From IMG/VR virus record IMGVR_UViG_3300028299_000003, positions 12,632-76,631 of that record: 64,000 nucleotides of DNA. One strand, given 5' to 3'. Made by a program: the position numbers and the translations under genes. The notes under the pieces are model-generated. The model saw only the letters and a list, made by a program, of their open reading frames with translations, did not search any database and had not been told where the DNA came from. Position 1 is the first letter of the stretch. Each line of letters starts with the position of its first letter. This stretch comes from a virus. Shown piece after piece: positions 26,510 to 38,800 of this stretch.

Positions 26510-27952
26510 ATGATAATACAAGATTTAATTGAAATAACTGTTAATAGTACATCATTGAAATATTACAAGGATATTGGATATGATGCCGAGTTAAATAAAA
26601 AAACTATAGTTAGAACAGATGATTTATCAAAATCTTCTTGTTATGAGGTTATGGTAAAGTGTGATTATTGTGGAAATGAAAAAATGTTAAAATATTGTAA
26701 ATATATTAAAAATATAAAACATCATAATATATATTGTTGTAGTAATAAATGTGCTTATCAATTGAAAAATAAAAAAACTAATGTAGAGAAGTATGGAGTT
26801 GATAGTTTTTCTAAAACAGATGACTATAAGTTGAAATTTAAAAAAATGAGTTTAAAAAATTATGGATTTGATAACCCATCAAAGAATTTTAATATAAGAA
26901 AGAAGATATCTGAGAATAAATTTGATTTTTGGAAAAATAAATTAAAAGAAGAATACAATGTTATATCTATAAATAATCATAATTATGAAATGAAATGTGA
27001 TTGTGGTAAAGATCATAATTTTTTTATTGATAGAGATGTTTTACATAATAGAAAACAATTGAAAACTATTTTGTGTACAATTTGCCATCCTATTAAATCA
27101 TATTTTAATTCTGGAATGGAGATTAATGTTAGGAATTATATTTGTGATAATTATTATAATGAAATATTATTTAATAGCCGATTATTAGGAAAAGAGTTAG
27201 ATATTTATGTTCCTAAATTAAAACTTGCGTTTGAATTTAATGGAGTTTACTGGCACAATGAAATGAATAAACCAAATAATTACCATCAGGAAAAAACTGA
27301 ACTGTGTGAAAAAAATAATATTCAATTAATACATATTTATGAAGATGACTGGTTGTATAAAAATGATATTGTTAAATCAATGATATTAAGCAAATTAGGG
27401 AAGACAGAAAATAAAATAGAATCAAATAAATGTGAAATTCGTGAAATAACCGATAATAAATTAGTTAGAGAATTTTTAGAAAAAAATCATATTCAAGGAT
27501 TTATTGGTTCAAGTGTGAAAATTGGTCATTTTCATAAAAATGAGTTATTAAGTCTAATGACTTTTGGAAAAAGACGAAAAAAGAATACGGAAGATGAGTA
27601 TGAGTTATTGAGATTTTGTAATCGGTTGAATACTAATGTGATAGATTCTAGGGATAAATTGTTTAAATATTTTGTGAAAAATTATTCACCAAAAATGATA
27701 ATAACATATTCGGATAGATCATGGGATACAGGGGATCTATACAGAAAATTAGGATTTGAATTTATAGGAAAGACACAACCAAATTATTACTATGTTATAG
27801 ATAGAATAAAACATCATAGATTTAATTATAGAAAAGATAAATTAATAAAAGAAGGTTTTGATAAAAATAAATCAGAACACGAGATTATGTTGGGTAGAGG
27901 AATTTATAGAATATATGATAGTGGGAATTTAAAATTTGAATATATAGATTAA
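26510..27952 (+). CDS. putative homing endonuclease with Vsr-like domain and C-terminal GNAT-like domain
   Basis: ELDIYVP..AFEFNGVYWH; YELLRFC..ITYSDRSW. Confidence 0.7.
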   Translation: MIIQDLIEITVNSTSLKYYKDIGYDAELNKKTIVRTDDLSKSSCYEVMVKCDYCGNEKMLKYCKYIKNIKHHNIYCCSNKCAYQLKNKKTNVEKYGVDSFSKTDDYKLKFKKMSLKNYGFDNPSKNFNIRKKISENKFDFWKNKLKEEYNVISINNHNYEMKCDCGKDHNFFIDRDVLHNRKQLKTILCTICHPIKSYFNSGMEINVRNYICDNYYNEILFNSRLLGKELDIYVPKLKLAFEFNGVYWHNEMNKPNNYHQEKTELCEKNNIQLIHIYEDDWLYKNDIVKSMILSKLGKTENKIESNKCEIREITDNKLVREFLEKNHIQGFIGSSVKIGHFHKNELLSLMTFGKRRKKNTEDEYELLRFCNRLNTNVIDSRDKLFKYFVKNYSPKMIITYSDRSWDTGDLYRKLGFEFIGKTQPNYYYVIDRIKHHRFNYRKDKLIKEGFDKNKSEHEIMLGRGIYRIYDSGNLKFEYID

Positions 27953-28926
27953 TGAATAGTGATGAAAGAAAATATTATAAGTGGTTATTAAAAAATCATC
28001 CACTAGATTTGGATGGAACTTTATATGAACATAAAAAATTCAAGGAAGATAAACATATCCCAAAAAATAAAAGGAGATATAATAGTAAGGGCAACACACT
28101 TAATGAAGCTGTAGAACAAACTAGTGATTTAGTTAATGGTTTTCCTGTGAATAAAAAAATAAAGTTTGACCAAGGATTAATGGTAAAAGCGATCCAGAAT
28201 GGGTTAGTAATTCTAATTAGTTACGCTGGTGATAAAGATAATTGGAAAGGTGGGAGAGAAAGAGTTATATATCCAATGGTTTTAGGTATAAATAAAAACA
28301 CTGGTAATATGTTGGTTCGTGGGTGGCATTTATCTGGTTGGTCTGTTTCCAAAAAGAGAGATGTTAAAAAAGAATGGAGATTATTTAAGATAGAAAATAT
28401 AAAATCCATGATGTTTACTGGAGACTTTTATCGTCTTCCACCAAAGGGATATAAAATGAACGACCGTGTGATGACAGAAAGAATTATTAAAGCGGCAGAT
28501 TTTAATGAAATTCGTATGAATCAAGAAAAATTAGTAAAAGCGGGACAAATTCAAACTGTTGAAAAAGAGACAGTTGGTGGAGATAAACCAGGTGTTGTCG
28601 CTAAAGTAGATGTTCATAGAACAGATACAGTACTTAATCTTTCCAATCCATACGAAAATGAGAATGTTACACCATACAAAATGGCTAATAAAATAGGAGA
28701 TTTGAAATTAACATTCTTAAAAAGTATAAATAAACAAGAATATGTAGCGATTATCGGAGCGTTAGGAACATTGAATAGAACTGTGAAACTTTTTGAAGAT
28801 AAAGAATTCATAGGTAACTATAAAGTTATGAAAAATTCAAAAGGTAGAGAAATAAACAATATTAGAAATATTCAGGGAGCTACCGAATTCCAACTATATA
28901 CATTTAATAAGGTAATAGAGAAATAA
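27952..28926 (+). CDS. WYL-like domain protein
   Basis: ISY..ERVIYPMVLG..LVRGW..WRLFKIENI. Confidence 0.6.
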   Translation: MNSDERKYYKWLLKNHPLDLDGTLYEHKKFKEDKHIPKNKRRYNSKGNTLNEAVEQTSDLVNGFPVNKKIKFDQGLMVKAIQNGLVILISYAGDKDNWKGGRERVIYPMVLGINKNTGNMLVRGWHLSGWSVSKKRDVKKEWRLFKIENIKSMMFTGDFYRLPPKGYKMNDRVMTERIIKAADFNEIRMNQEKLVKAGQIQTVEKETVGGDKPGVVAKVDVHRTDTVLNLSNPYENENVTPYKMANKIGDLKLTFLKSINKQEYVAIIGALGTLNRTVKLFEDKEFIGNYKVMKNSKGREINNIRNIQGATEFQLYTFNKVIEK

Positions 28927-28944
28927 AAAATAATTTCATTAAAA

Positions 28945-29394
28945 GTGTTTTTCAAAATTAATCAAAAACCAAAAAATATAAAATTAAGTAAACTATGTCT
29001 TTCTGGTAGATTTTCAGAATGTATTAATAATTTAAATACGGTAATTTCTAATGAATTATTAGACTTATCAGAAGATAAAGAAATATGTTATGTTGATATA
29101 TCTGATAAAACTGGATTTGTTAAAATTCTTCCGACATCAAAATATTTTCTAGTATTAGAAAAATATATGAAATGGAAAAAATTAGATGAATCATGGTTAG
29201 AAAGTATGAAATATGATTTTAAGAGTTTTGATTATGATGAGGATTTTAATAAAATAGAACCAAATTTTCAACATATGAGAGTTGGTAGATTCATAAATAA
29301 AGTTTTTGGTGATAGTGTTTTAGAATATGATGTTGAAACATTTGTTTTGAGGTATAAGATGTATCAAACTAAAACTTCATCCGTTTTTTCATAA
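28945..29394 (+). CDS. hypothetical protein
   Basis: MRVGRFINKVF resembles IKIGRFIDRYL in 34421 ORF. Confidence 0.55.
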   Translation: MFFKINQKPKNIKLSKLCLSGRFSECINNLNTVISNELLDLSEDKEICYVDISDKTGFVKILPTSKYFLVLEKYMKWKKLDESWLESMKYDFKSFDYDEDFNKIEPNFQHMRVGRFINKVFGDSVLEYDVETFVLRYKMYQTKTSSVFS

Positions 29395-29403
29395 TGACTA
29401 TAA

Positions 29404-29586
29404 TTATTTGTGTCTAATTATGTTGTCATTGTCATCAAAATCTGGAAAATCATTAGAAGTTAAGTCCATCCATGTTTTCTTTTTCTTTTTTGGTTTGTAT
29501 TTTGGTTTAATTTCATTATCAATTTCTTCCCATCCTTCATCATCGAATGTATCAATAAATTCTTCAAATAATTTTATGTGTTTCAT
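29404..29586 (-). CDS. small acidic protein
   Basis: MKHIKLFEEF leader. Confidence 0.65.
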   Translation of the reverse strand: MKHIKLFEEFIDTFDDEGWEEIDNEIKPKYKPKKKKKTWMDLTSNDFPDFDDNDNIIRHK

Positions 29587-29604
29587 AGTTAAATTTTATT
29601 TTTA

Positions 29605-30348
29605 TCAGACTTTTTCAAACCAATAGTTAAAGAAATAATAATCATTTCCAGTTATTGAATAATATTTTTCTTTATATTTTAATTTAATATATGGATTACC
29701 ATCTTTATTTACTTCAGATTTTATTAATTCAACGATAGCGTTCATTTTTATTTTTTCAACTTCACCCATCTCATTTTTAACTTCAACTTCTTTTAATGTT
29801 TTATATAACCCTTCATCAACATCAAACCAATCACAAAGAATTTTATAGAAGTAATTACTTAATTTTAATTTATATTCCTCATCCATATATGTGAATCTTT
29901 GATCTCCCCATAATTCTGTTTGTAATTTAGGTTTGTCAATCCAATTAAAGTTTTTAAATACACCAAAGAATTCCTCATCTTCTAGATTAAATGAGATAAA
30001 AATATCTAATTTTAGAAAATTATTTCTGAACATTCTAAGTATTTTGAAATCAGAGAAATTATCAAGATCTTCTAAGAATTTATCATTCTTATATTGTTTC
30101 ATCATATCACGATCCGATCCCGCCATCGCGTGTTTAGAAATCTGGCCCATTCTCGCGATTGCACCACCAAGACGAGCGTAATAATCAACATATGGACCAT
30201 CAGAATTACCATAGACCGATAAACCCGCATCGCTTGCAAATCCATAGCCAGGGCCTAGTGGGTTTTGTGAATCAATACCCATTTGATATTGATTGAATTC
30301 AGAATATTCAAGAATTAATTTTATTCCACTATATTTTAAATTTTTCAC
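29605..30348 (-). CDS. hypothetical protein
   Basis: ORF track. Confidence 0.6.
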   Translation of the reverse strand: MKNLKYSGIKLILEYSEFNQYQMGIDSQNPLGPGYGFASDAGLSVYGNSDGPYVDYYARLGGAIARMGQISKHAMAGSDRDMMKQYKNDKFLEDLDNFSDFKILRMFRNNFLKLDIFISFNLEDEEFFGVFKNFNWIDKPKLQTELWGDQRFTYMDEEYKLKLSNYFYKILCDWFDVDEGLYKTLKEVEVKNEMGEVEKIKMNAIVELIKSEVNKDGNPYIKLKYKEKYYSITGNDYYFFNYWFEKV

Positions 30349-31408
30349 TTAGATAATTTGTTAATTTTTCTTTAATATCTTCGTTATATTTTATTCTTAA
30401 TAAATTAATATTATTTTTCTTACAATATATATTCTTTATTTTATCTCGTTTTTTTCTTAACTTTAATTTATCTTCGTTCTTCTCGTGTATGAATTTCATA
30501 AAATGTTGTTCACCATCATATTCTATACATAGATTGTATTTAGGTAAATAAAAATCAAATTTTAATAATGATTGGTATTTACAATCTTTAAATGTCTTTT
30601 GATTAGAATATTTTATATTCATATCATTTAATATAAATGATAATTGCCTTTCTCCTTTAGATTCACAACATTTTGGACACCCAGCACCCTTTGCATGAAT
30701 TTTTGGCATTTGATTAAATATACCATGAGTTGGACACATAATCTTTATTTTTTTTCTATTATTTTTATAATTAATCATAGAATAATCATATTTATCACCA
30801 TGTATTTCTTTTGCATTTTTAAGAAAATTATTTTTGTAACTATCTTTAAGACATTCTGGGCATCCTAATTCTTTGTTTAAATGATTAAGTGGTAATTGTT
30901 CAAATACACTATGAATCGGACATACAATTTTAACTTTTGTTCTATTATTCTTGTATTCAACTAATGAATAATCATATTTATCATTATGAATATTTTTAGA
31001 TTTTGATATGAAAGATTTATTAGATTTTTCATAGAAACTACATTCTGGACATCCTTGTTTTTTTATTATATGATTATATGGTGCCTGTTCAAAAATACCA
31101 TGTTTTAGACAAATTATTTTTACTTTTGTTTTGTTGTTTTTATAATCAACTAATGAATAATCATATTTATCATTATGAATATTTTTAGATTTTTTCGCAA
31201 ATGTGTTATTGGTGTATTTTTTGTTATTAGTACATGAAGAACAACCAAATCCTTTTAAATGATTAAGTGGTAATTGTTCAAATACACTATGAATCGGACA
31301 TACAATTTTAACTTTTGTTCTATTATTCTTGTATTCAACTAATGAATAATCATATTTGTTATTATGTATTTTGTAAGCTTTATTAATGAATTCCAATTTG
31401 AATGACAT
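30329..31408 (-). CDS. putative homing endonuclease with repeated Zn modules and Vsr/DUF559-like domain (likely start MSFK)
   Basis: Four KYDYS..IxCxxH..GCxxC repeats, two nearly identical in DNA; FDFYLP..IEYDGEQH. Confidence 0.8.
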   Translation of the reverse strand: MSFKLEFINKAYKIHNNKYDYSLVEYKNNRTKVKIVCPIHSVFEQLPLNHLKGFGCSSCTNNKKYTNNTFAKKSKNIHNDKYDYSLVDYKNNKTKVKIICLKHGIFEQAPYNHIIKKQGCPECSFYEKSNKSFISKSKNIHNDKYDYSLVEYKNNRTKVKIVCPIHSVFEQLPLNHLNKELGCPECLKDSYKNNFLKNAKEIHGDKYDYSMINYKNNRKKIKIMCPTHGIFNQMPKIHAKGAGCPKCCESKGERQLSFILNDMNIKYSNQKTFKDCKYQSLLKFDFYLPKYNLCIEYDGEQHFMKFIHEKNEDKLKLRKKRDKIKNIYCKKNNINLLRIKYNEDIKEKLTNYLSEKFKI

Positions 31409-31442
31409 ATTTTTTATATATATAAAAAAATAAAAATCAATT

Positions 31443-31907
31443 ATGGCTAGATTAAAAAAAACAGAGTTAATAGATGAACTTAATAAACTAGGTATTTCGT
31501 TCACCGATGGTATGACTTATAATGACCTACAGAAGTTGTATTCAAAATCTATGGAAGCTAAAGAAGTGTATGATACAATGATAAGTGATGTTGATGAAGT
31601 TATAGAACAACATATTAAAAAGGAAGAACCTATCATTGAACTAGTTATAAAGGAAGTATATACATATATACCAAAGGAGAATGAAAAATTAGTTATGGAT
31701 AAACCATCACAACCATTAATAAAAACAGATAAAGGTATTTATGAATCTTTTATAAATAATAGATTACCATTTGTTATAAAATATAAAAATAATACCGTAT
31801 TTGATAGTTCAAGTTATCCAATAACTCAATTGAAAGCGTACGATACATTCTATGAAGTATATGGTTTGAGATATTCTTATCAAGGATCAAGTATTATAAA
31901 AAAATAA
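31443..31907 (+). CDS. hypothetical protein
   Basis: ORF track. Confidence 0.6.
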   Translation: MARLKKTELIDELNKLGISFTDGMTYNDLQKLYSKSMEAKEVYDTMISDVDEVIEQHIKKEEPIIELVIKEVYTYIPKENEKLVMDKPSQPLIKTDKGIYESFINNRLPFVIKYKNNTVFDSSSYPITQLKAYDTFYEVYGLRYSYQGSSIIKK

Positions 31908-31941
31908 TAAAAAAGTCCTGAATTTCAGGACTTTTCTTTTT
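31908..31941. terminator. bidirectional intrinsic terminator
   Basis: AAAAGTCCTGAA-T-TTCAGGACTTTT between convergent genes. Confidence 0.8.
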
Positions 31942-32262
31942 TAGTTCATAGACACATTTTTAAATAAATCCTTTTTAGCTTCAACTTCAACAATTTCATT
32001 CAATAGAGTTTTAACAGTTTTGAAAATGAAATCATTTTTGGATAATTTGTTTTCCAAAATCAAATGAGCGTCTTCGGGTTTCATAAGACCAATTAGTTGG
32101 TCGTCAAATCCTTTAGATTTCAAATCAACTTTCATTTTCTTTGTGATGAATAATGGAATACCTTTCATTTTTTTATTGTAGTACAAAGATACGAAAATTT
32201 TTCGTATTATAAAAATATTTCACTTTCTTTTTTTTATATATATAAAAAAATAATATTCTCAC

Positions 32263-34413
32263 ATGAGCAAAGTTGTTAGGTTTAGTGAATTCAAAAAATT
32301 AAACGAACTATCAAACTATAATCAATACGGAAATACTACTGGTTTTGCGAATTCGTTGACTGGGAGAGGAATTATGAGTTTGGTAAAATGGTTTAGAAAA
32401 GGTGTTAATCTTTTTAGACTAGAATATTTTAGAAGAAGATTAGAAAACGAGATAGTCGCTGGTATCTTGAGGGATTATTCTAACGCGTTAGAAGATTTTG
32501 AAGGACAAGAAGAAAAAGGACAAGAAGAACCAAAATCACAAGAAGAAAAGAAAATTATTGTTGATTATCAGTGTCCTAAACTATTCCAAGAGATGGACAG
32601 ACCATTGTGGGATGAATATTATGAACATATGAAAATTATTGGTATGGGTAAAAATTATGGAGTTGAAGTTCCAAGTGATGATATATTGATGAAATTACCA
32701 GTTGAATGTGAGAATTTAATAAAATTACAAAATAAATATACATCTGAATTAGATGACGGCCGAGTACAACTTAGAACTATGAGACAAACATACGATAGTA
32801 AATCCTCTGGTGGAGTTAGTGGTGAAGAAGAATTAAAAAAAGCTAAAAATAGTTTAGATTTATGGGAATGTATAGTTGGTATAGCAAATAATATGTTAAA
32901 AACAATTGAACGACTTATTGTTATAAAAAAATGCACTGATGAAGGTAATATGAAAGAATTACCACCACATAATATTAAGCAAATAACAGCTGGTAGTAAT
33001 ATAGTTAAATATGATTATAAAGGAAAAGAAATTATGGTCATAAAAACTAAGGATGGACAGTTAGTGACTGTTGATGAAAAAGGACAAATAGTAAAGTTTA
33101 ATAAAGATAATGTTCCCGAGGTTATAAATCCAGATATCGTTACCTCACAAGAGAGTATAATCGGGTTATTTTCTATTTATATGAATGATCCTAGTAAGAT
33201 TGAAAATAATACAAAAATTGTTGTTAATTTAGTAAATAAATTGGATTTAACCGATTCTGGAATTGGTGAAATTATAACAAATTTATATAAAATATCAAAA
33301 AGTTCTGGTGTATTAGAAAAATATCCAGAATTTGGTAAGTTCTTAAAAGACAAATTACTAAAAATCAGAGGTGCACAAACAGTAAATGTAAATGATTCAT
33401 TCAGAGTATCATACGATGATTTTCTAAATGAAATGGGTATGACATCAACAAAACCAACCACTGGTGTTCTAGATAAATTATCTGGATATAGAAAAATATT
33501 TGGTGAAAAAGATTTGAATTGGGATTTACTAGGTTCAAAGGATATGGATGATGTTGTCAATTATTATATGGATAAAACAAAAGGTAAAGAAAGAAGAGAA
33601 AGTGCGACAAATATGGTAAATCTAAACGCGATTGCCGCGATAGCGAACTCAGTAGAAGGTATAATATATAACATAGAACCAAATCCATCAACTAAATTAA
33701 CACCAGGTACTGGTGGTGGAATAACTGGAAATGAAACCGCGTTAGCGAGAAAATGGAGAAAAATGGTAAACAACACACTCGCGAGATTTAAATATTTTGT
33801 AAATACAGATAAGGTTGATCCACTTAGAATGGATGTTAAAGCTGGTGGTAAAGAAGTTAAAAAATATGCAGATAAAATGTCAGGTGAGGTTGATGATACT
33901 ATAAATATTGTTAAATGTATTGAAAATAATAAGGGAAGACTGATTAAAAATGTCAAAGTTTCAGATAATAATAATGATTTAAAAAATTATTTGATGTATG
34001 TTTTTTGTCATGAAGGTAAGACCTTAATTATGAGATTGGTCTCACATAATGATGGTAAACCAATATTTAAAATAATGAATGAAATAATGGATACTGAAGA
34101 TCCTAAAAAAGTAGTTAAAGGAGAATTAGACGATAAAGGAAATTATAAAGCTTTTTATTGTTATTTTCCTCGTTTAATAACAGCTAGTAACACAGATAAG
34201 AAAAAATTAACAAAGATAAAGTTATATGTTGGTGGTGATAATCCTAGATTTTTGAAGGATATGGATATGCACTATTACACATATATTTTTCTTAAGGTTG
34301 ACATTGATGAAACTGAAATGTTTAAAAAATCATTAGATTTCAAAACAGTTAATGTAAATGGAAAAGATGTATTATCAGATGAAATAATTAAATTAATAAC
34401 TCCAAAAAAATAA
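32263..34413 (+). CDS. large hypothetical protein, probable virion internal protein
   Basis: Leader VRFSEFKKLNE and internal VSYDDFLNE. Confidence 0.55.
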   Translation: MSKVVRFSEFKKLNELSNYNQYGNTTGFANSLTGRGIMSLVKWFRKGVNLFRLEYFRRRLENEIVAGILRDYSNALEDFEGQEEKGQEEPKSQEEKKIIVDYQCPKLFQEMDRPLWDEYYEHMKIIGMGKNYGVEVPSDDILMKLPVECENLIKLQNKYTSELDDGRVQLRTMRQTYDSKSSGGVSGEEELKKAKNSLDLWECIVGIANNMLKTIERLIVIKKCTDEGNMKELPPHNIKQITAGSNIVKYDYKGKEIMVIKTKDGQLVTVDEKGQIVKFNKDNVPEVINPDIVTSQESIIGLFSIYMNDPSKIENNTKIVVNLVNKLDLTDSGIGEIITNLYKISKSSGVLEKYPEFGKFLKDKLLKIRGAQTVNVNDSFRVSYDDFLNEMGMTSTKPTTGVLDKLSGYRKIFGEKDLNWDLLGSKDMDDVVNYYMDKTKGKERRESATNMVNLNAIAAIANSVEGIIYNIEPNPSTKLTPGTGGGITGNETALARKWRKMVNNTLARFKYFVNTDKVDPLRMDVKAGGKEVKKYADKMSGEVDDTINIVKCIENNKGRLIKNVKVSDNNNDLKNYLMYVFCHEGKTLIMRLVSHNDGKPIFKIMNEIMDTEDPKKVVKGELDDKGNYKAFYCYFPRLITASNTDKKKLTKIKLYVGGDNPRFLKDMDMHYYTYIFLKVDIDETEMFKKSLDFKTVNVNGKDVLSDEIIKLITPKK

Positions 34414-34420
34414 GAAAATT

Positions 34421-34765
34421 ATGAAACATTTAAAATTATTTGAAGAACTTATAGATCCATTTGCTGATGAACAATGGGAAGAAGAAGAATATGGACAAGA
34501 AATGATAGATATATTTAAGAATTTTCTTGAGAATGATGATTCTGAAATATCAAAAGAATTATTAAATAATGGTGCTTATGAAGATTTAGATCCTAATAGG
34601 CCAATAAAAATTGGTCGATTTATTGATAGATATTTAGGTAGGCGCAGAGACATAGAACATATGGAATCCGTGTTAACATTTTTTAATAGATTTAAACAAT
34701 ATATAATTAAGAACAAGGTTAAATCTTCTAATTTTCCACATATTGATTATCATAGAATTCCATAA
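34421..34765 (+). CDS. hypothetical protein
   Basis: MKHLKLFEE leader. Confidence 0.65.
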   Translation: MKHLKLFEELIDPFADEQWEEEEYGQEMIDIFKNFLENDDSEISKELLNNGAYEDLDPNRPIKIGRFIDRYLGRRRDIEHMESVLTFFNRFKQYIIKNKVKSSNFPHIDYHRIP

Positions 34766-34802
34766 ATAGATTTTCGGATTTTTAATAAAAAATAAAATAA
34801 TT

Positions 34803-35006
34803 ATGAAAAAAATATTAAAATTTAACGACTTTATCATAGAACAAAATGACCCATCTTCTAAAGAAGAAGAGGAAATAAAACAATTAGATGATGATATTAA
34901 CAAAACCAAACTGGAATTGAAGAAGAAGGAATTGGAAATATTAAGAAATAGACAGAAGAATCAGTCTGAAGTAGAGAAACAAGATAAAGCACAACAAAAC
35001 AAATAA
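34803..35006 (+). CDS. small coiled-coil protein
   Basis: MKKILKFNDFIIE leader. Confidence 0.6.
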   Translation: MKKILKFNDFIIEQNDPSSKEEEEIKQLDDDINKTKLELKKKELEILRNRQKNQSEVEKQDKAQQNK

Positions 35007-35013
35007 TTAATTT

Positions 35014-35814
35014 GTGAAATACATACAGAGATTTAATGAAAGTATAAAAATAGGTGCAAAAGAATACAAAAAGCAATTAACAGAGGAAGATTTTCTTTAT
35101 TTATTCAATAAAAATTGTAATAACTTTAATATAAACGATAGAGCACTTATAAGAGGTGATAAGAAATTATTCGGTGATTTTTATTATTTAAATGGTAAAA
35201 ATAGAAGTGTTGATTATAAGTGGATGATGAATTGTCCAATTCATTTAGAATTTATGAGAAGTAAACTCTGGGAAAATTTGCCACAAAAGGATAAATCAAC
35301 AGATTTTGGATTAGATGGAAACACACAAATTTCTAGTGGGTTTTATGGTACTGTTTATAGAGTGATACCATATGATAACGCTACATTTGTTATGAGTGAT
35401 AAATTAGTTGGTAACTATAACACCATATTAAACAAAGACTTATCAGTACAATTTTTATCTAATGTTAATAATGTTCTAAAAGAATTCAATGACTATTTCA
35501 ATGAAGTTACTTATGATATGAAAAAATTAGTTAGTAACTTAAATAAATTATTCAAAGATAAAAACAATGTTACTGAGTTTGTTAAAAATAAAACAAACAA
35601 TTCTGATATAATATTAAAAATTTATGATATAATACATAAAAAGAATATTGATTTTAAAGAATATATGGAAAACGCGTATAGTCCAAAATCATACACAGTA
35701 TTAAATTATAAAGAGGTTTTGAATAGTACACTCCCATTTGGATGGACAGATAAACCAGTTTTACTTATAAAGAGTTACCTATCAAATGATTTTTTTAGAG
35801 AGAACCTTTCTTAA
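35014..35814 (+). CDS. hypothetical protein
   Basis: MKYIQRFNES leader. Confidence 0.6.
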   Translation: MKYIQRFNESIKIGAKEYKKQLTEEDFLYLFNKNCNNFNINDRALIRGDKKLFGDFYYLNGKNRSVDYKWMMNCPIHLEFMRSKLWENLPQKDKSTDFGLDGNTQISSGFYGTVYRVIPYDNATFVMSDKLVGNYNTILNKDLSVQFLSNVNNVLKEFNDYFNEVTYDMKKLVSNLNKLFKDKNNVTEFVKNKTNNSDIILKIYDIIHKKNIDFKEYMENAYSPKSYTVLNYKEVLNSTLPFGWTDKPVLLIKSYLSNDFFRENLS

Positions 35815-35842
35815 TATATAAAATAAAATATATTGATTCTTA

Positions 35843-38800
35843 ATGGCTACGATAGACCAAAAATTTGTAGAAAAACTAGAACTATTCACCAATTCATTAG
35901 AACAAATAACAGAACTTCTTAAAGAACAAACTAAGAAGGATAATACTGATGTTGTTAATAAACTTCTAAAGAATATGGACGAAGATAGAATGTCTGTTGT
36001 TATAGAAGAATTAAAAGCGGTTAGAACCGATCTTAAAGAAATAAAAACAGATACAAAATCAATCAAATCATCAATAGATGAATTAAAGAAAGAAAAAGAA
36101 AGAAATAATTTATTCAATAGAATACAAGATCCAGAGAATAAAGATAAAATTGTTGATGGTATAAAAGTTATTGGTTTAATCGCTGGTGGTGTTCTCGCGA
36201 TTGGATTAGCGTTTAAAATAGTTGGTGAAGTAGATTATTTATCAGTACTATCATTAAGTGCTGGTATGGTTGCGACTGGATATGCGTTTACAATGATTTC
36301 AAAAAATCTGAAAGAACAGAAATTATCTTTAAAAGATATTTTTTTGACCGCGTCTGTTCTTCCTATAATGGCTGCTGGGTTGGTGATATCTAGTGCTATA
36401 TTTAGTAGAGGATTATTCACTTTAACCAAAGAACAAGGATTTACATTAGTTGTTATATCAGCGACGATGGGGATGGCGATGTATCTAATGACTAAAGCTA
36501 TTACAGATACAAAGAAAGTATCAGAAGGAAAAATAGAAACTAATTTATCTAGTTATATGATGTTACCAGTTATTTTACCATTGATAGCGAGTGGAATTTT
36601 AATATCTGGATGGATTCTAAGTGCTGTACCAACAATAGCACCATCAAAATTATTATCTATTGGTGTAATAACATTAATCGCTGGTGTGTCATTGTGGTTA
36701 ATGACAAAAGCGTTATCAAAAACAAAAAAAGAAGGTGATGGAAAAGATTTAAAATCTAATTTTCAAAATTATTTGGCGTTACCTGTTATTTTACCATTAA
36801 TAGCTAGTGGATTGGTAGCAGCTAGTATAATATATCTTATGATGAAAACTATGAGTAAAGATGAAGCTATAGATCTATTATTGACTAGTGCTGCTATAGG
36901 TGCTTCAATGTTAGTAATGATACCGACGATATACTTGTTGAGTAAAACTGGATTAAAACCAGGGGATACAGCTAAAATGACACTAATCTTACCACTTATA
37001 GCTGGTGGAATAGCTGTGTCATCATGGATATTATCAGAAGGAATATATGATGAAAGTAAAGTACCTTCATATAAATGGTCATTAATGACTGGATTATCAT
37101 TCATCGTATTTGGTGGATCAATGTTCTTATTAGGAAAATTTTTAAAGCAACAAGAGATTATAATAGGTGGATTAGCGGTACTAGGTGTAGCGTTTGTGAT
37201 GATGGTAGCGTCAAAAATAATAAATGATGGATCATATAAATCTTTTCCATCATATGATTGGTCGTTAGGAGTTGGATTATCGTTCCTTGTATTTGGTGGT
37301 AGTATGGCGGCGTTGGGTTGGTTATCTATGATTGGTGGTGGTTTAGGGATGGTCGCGTTACTCGCTGGTGGATTAGCGACAATCGGTATGAGTTATGTTA
37401 TGGTTGAAGTGGATAGAGTAATAAGTGGTGGTTCTTATAAGAAGTTCCCATCATATGATTGGTCAAAAGGTGTTGGATTATCATTTCTTGTATTTGGTGG
37501 TAGTATGGCGGCGTTAGGTGGGTTAATAATAACTGGAATTGGTGCGGTCGCACTTCTAGCTGGCGCCGCTGCGGTTTGGGGGTTAGGTGAATTAATGGTT
37601 GAAGTTGATGATATATTGAGTGGTGGTAAGTGGAAAAAAGATTCTTACCCATCAGAAGAGTGGGCTAAAGGAGTTGGAACATCATTGGTTCTTTTCGCGG
37701 AAGCGGCGGGATCGTCTAGTATATGGGATAAAGTAACAGATTGGATATTTGGATCAAACAAAGATACGATGGTTGGGTTAGCTACTGAAATGATAAAGGT
37801 CGCGGAAACATTAGGAAGTAGTACAATATGGGATAAGAATCTTAAACATCCATCTGAAAAATGGGCTAAGGGAGTTGGAATATCAATGATGTATTTCGCT
37901 CAGATTTTTGAAATACTTGATAAAGTTGATATAGACTCTGATGAATTTGGAGAAGAATCTGTTAATTTAATAAAAGGTATAGAACAAGTCGCTGTTTATT
38001 TAAACGATAGTAAGATAAAATGGGATAACATCAGTACAATGCAAAAATTACCAGTCTGGGGAGATAATGTATCAAAAGGTATTTCATCATTTGTTAAGGT
38101 TCTTGACGAAATTGATGAAGCGAGTTATGGAAAGAATGATATAAATATATTTGAATTAACGTTAGATTCAATTGTTAGTGCTTCCACTAAATTGAAAGGT
38201 GTATCAATTGGATCTATAAATGTTAGTGATGTATCAAAAGGTATATCAGAGTTCATCAAGTTACTAGATGAACTTGATGAAGCGAGTTATGGTAGAAATG
38301 ATATAAATATATTTGAATTAACGTTAGATTCAATCGCTAGTGCTTCTAAAAAATTGAAAGGAGTAAAATTTGATTCAATAGAAGGATTTACAAAGAGTAT
38401 TAAAGATTTATTTGAATTCACTAGTAATCAGAGTTTAACAAAAGGAATTAGTATAGATGAAATAATATCAAATTTTTCAAAACTCGGAGATATTAATACT
38501 TCTGGAATAGATAATTTATCATATTCATTGAAGAGTGTTAAAGATGTTTTAGATAATATTGACACTGTTGGATTACAGAAATTAACAAGTTTTACAAATG
38601 ATATGTTAGTATTATCATTAATTGATGAATCTAAGTTAGAAAACTTTATAGAAACTATTGATGATAAGAAATCAGAATTAATAGAAATATTATCTTTAGG
38701 TAGAATGGGTGAAAATGTAGGTGGAAATTTTGAAACAACAGTTGTATCTAGACAAATAATTCAAAAAGATACAGAAGAAAAGAAACAAGAAGAAGAAAGA

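Noticed and set aside
30876-31357. DGR template/variable repeat pair
   Set aside because: The ~100-nt copies are identical in-frame domain duplications with no adenine-specific differences, and no reverse transcriptase is present.
35014-35814. ADP-ribosyltransferase
   Set aside because: Only a weak LIRG motif, with no convincing S-x-S or E-x-E.
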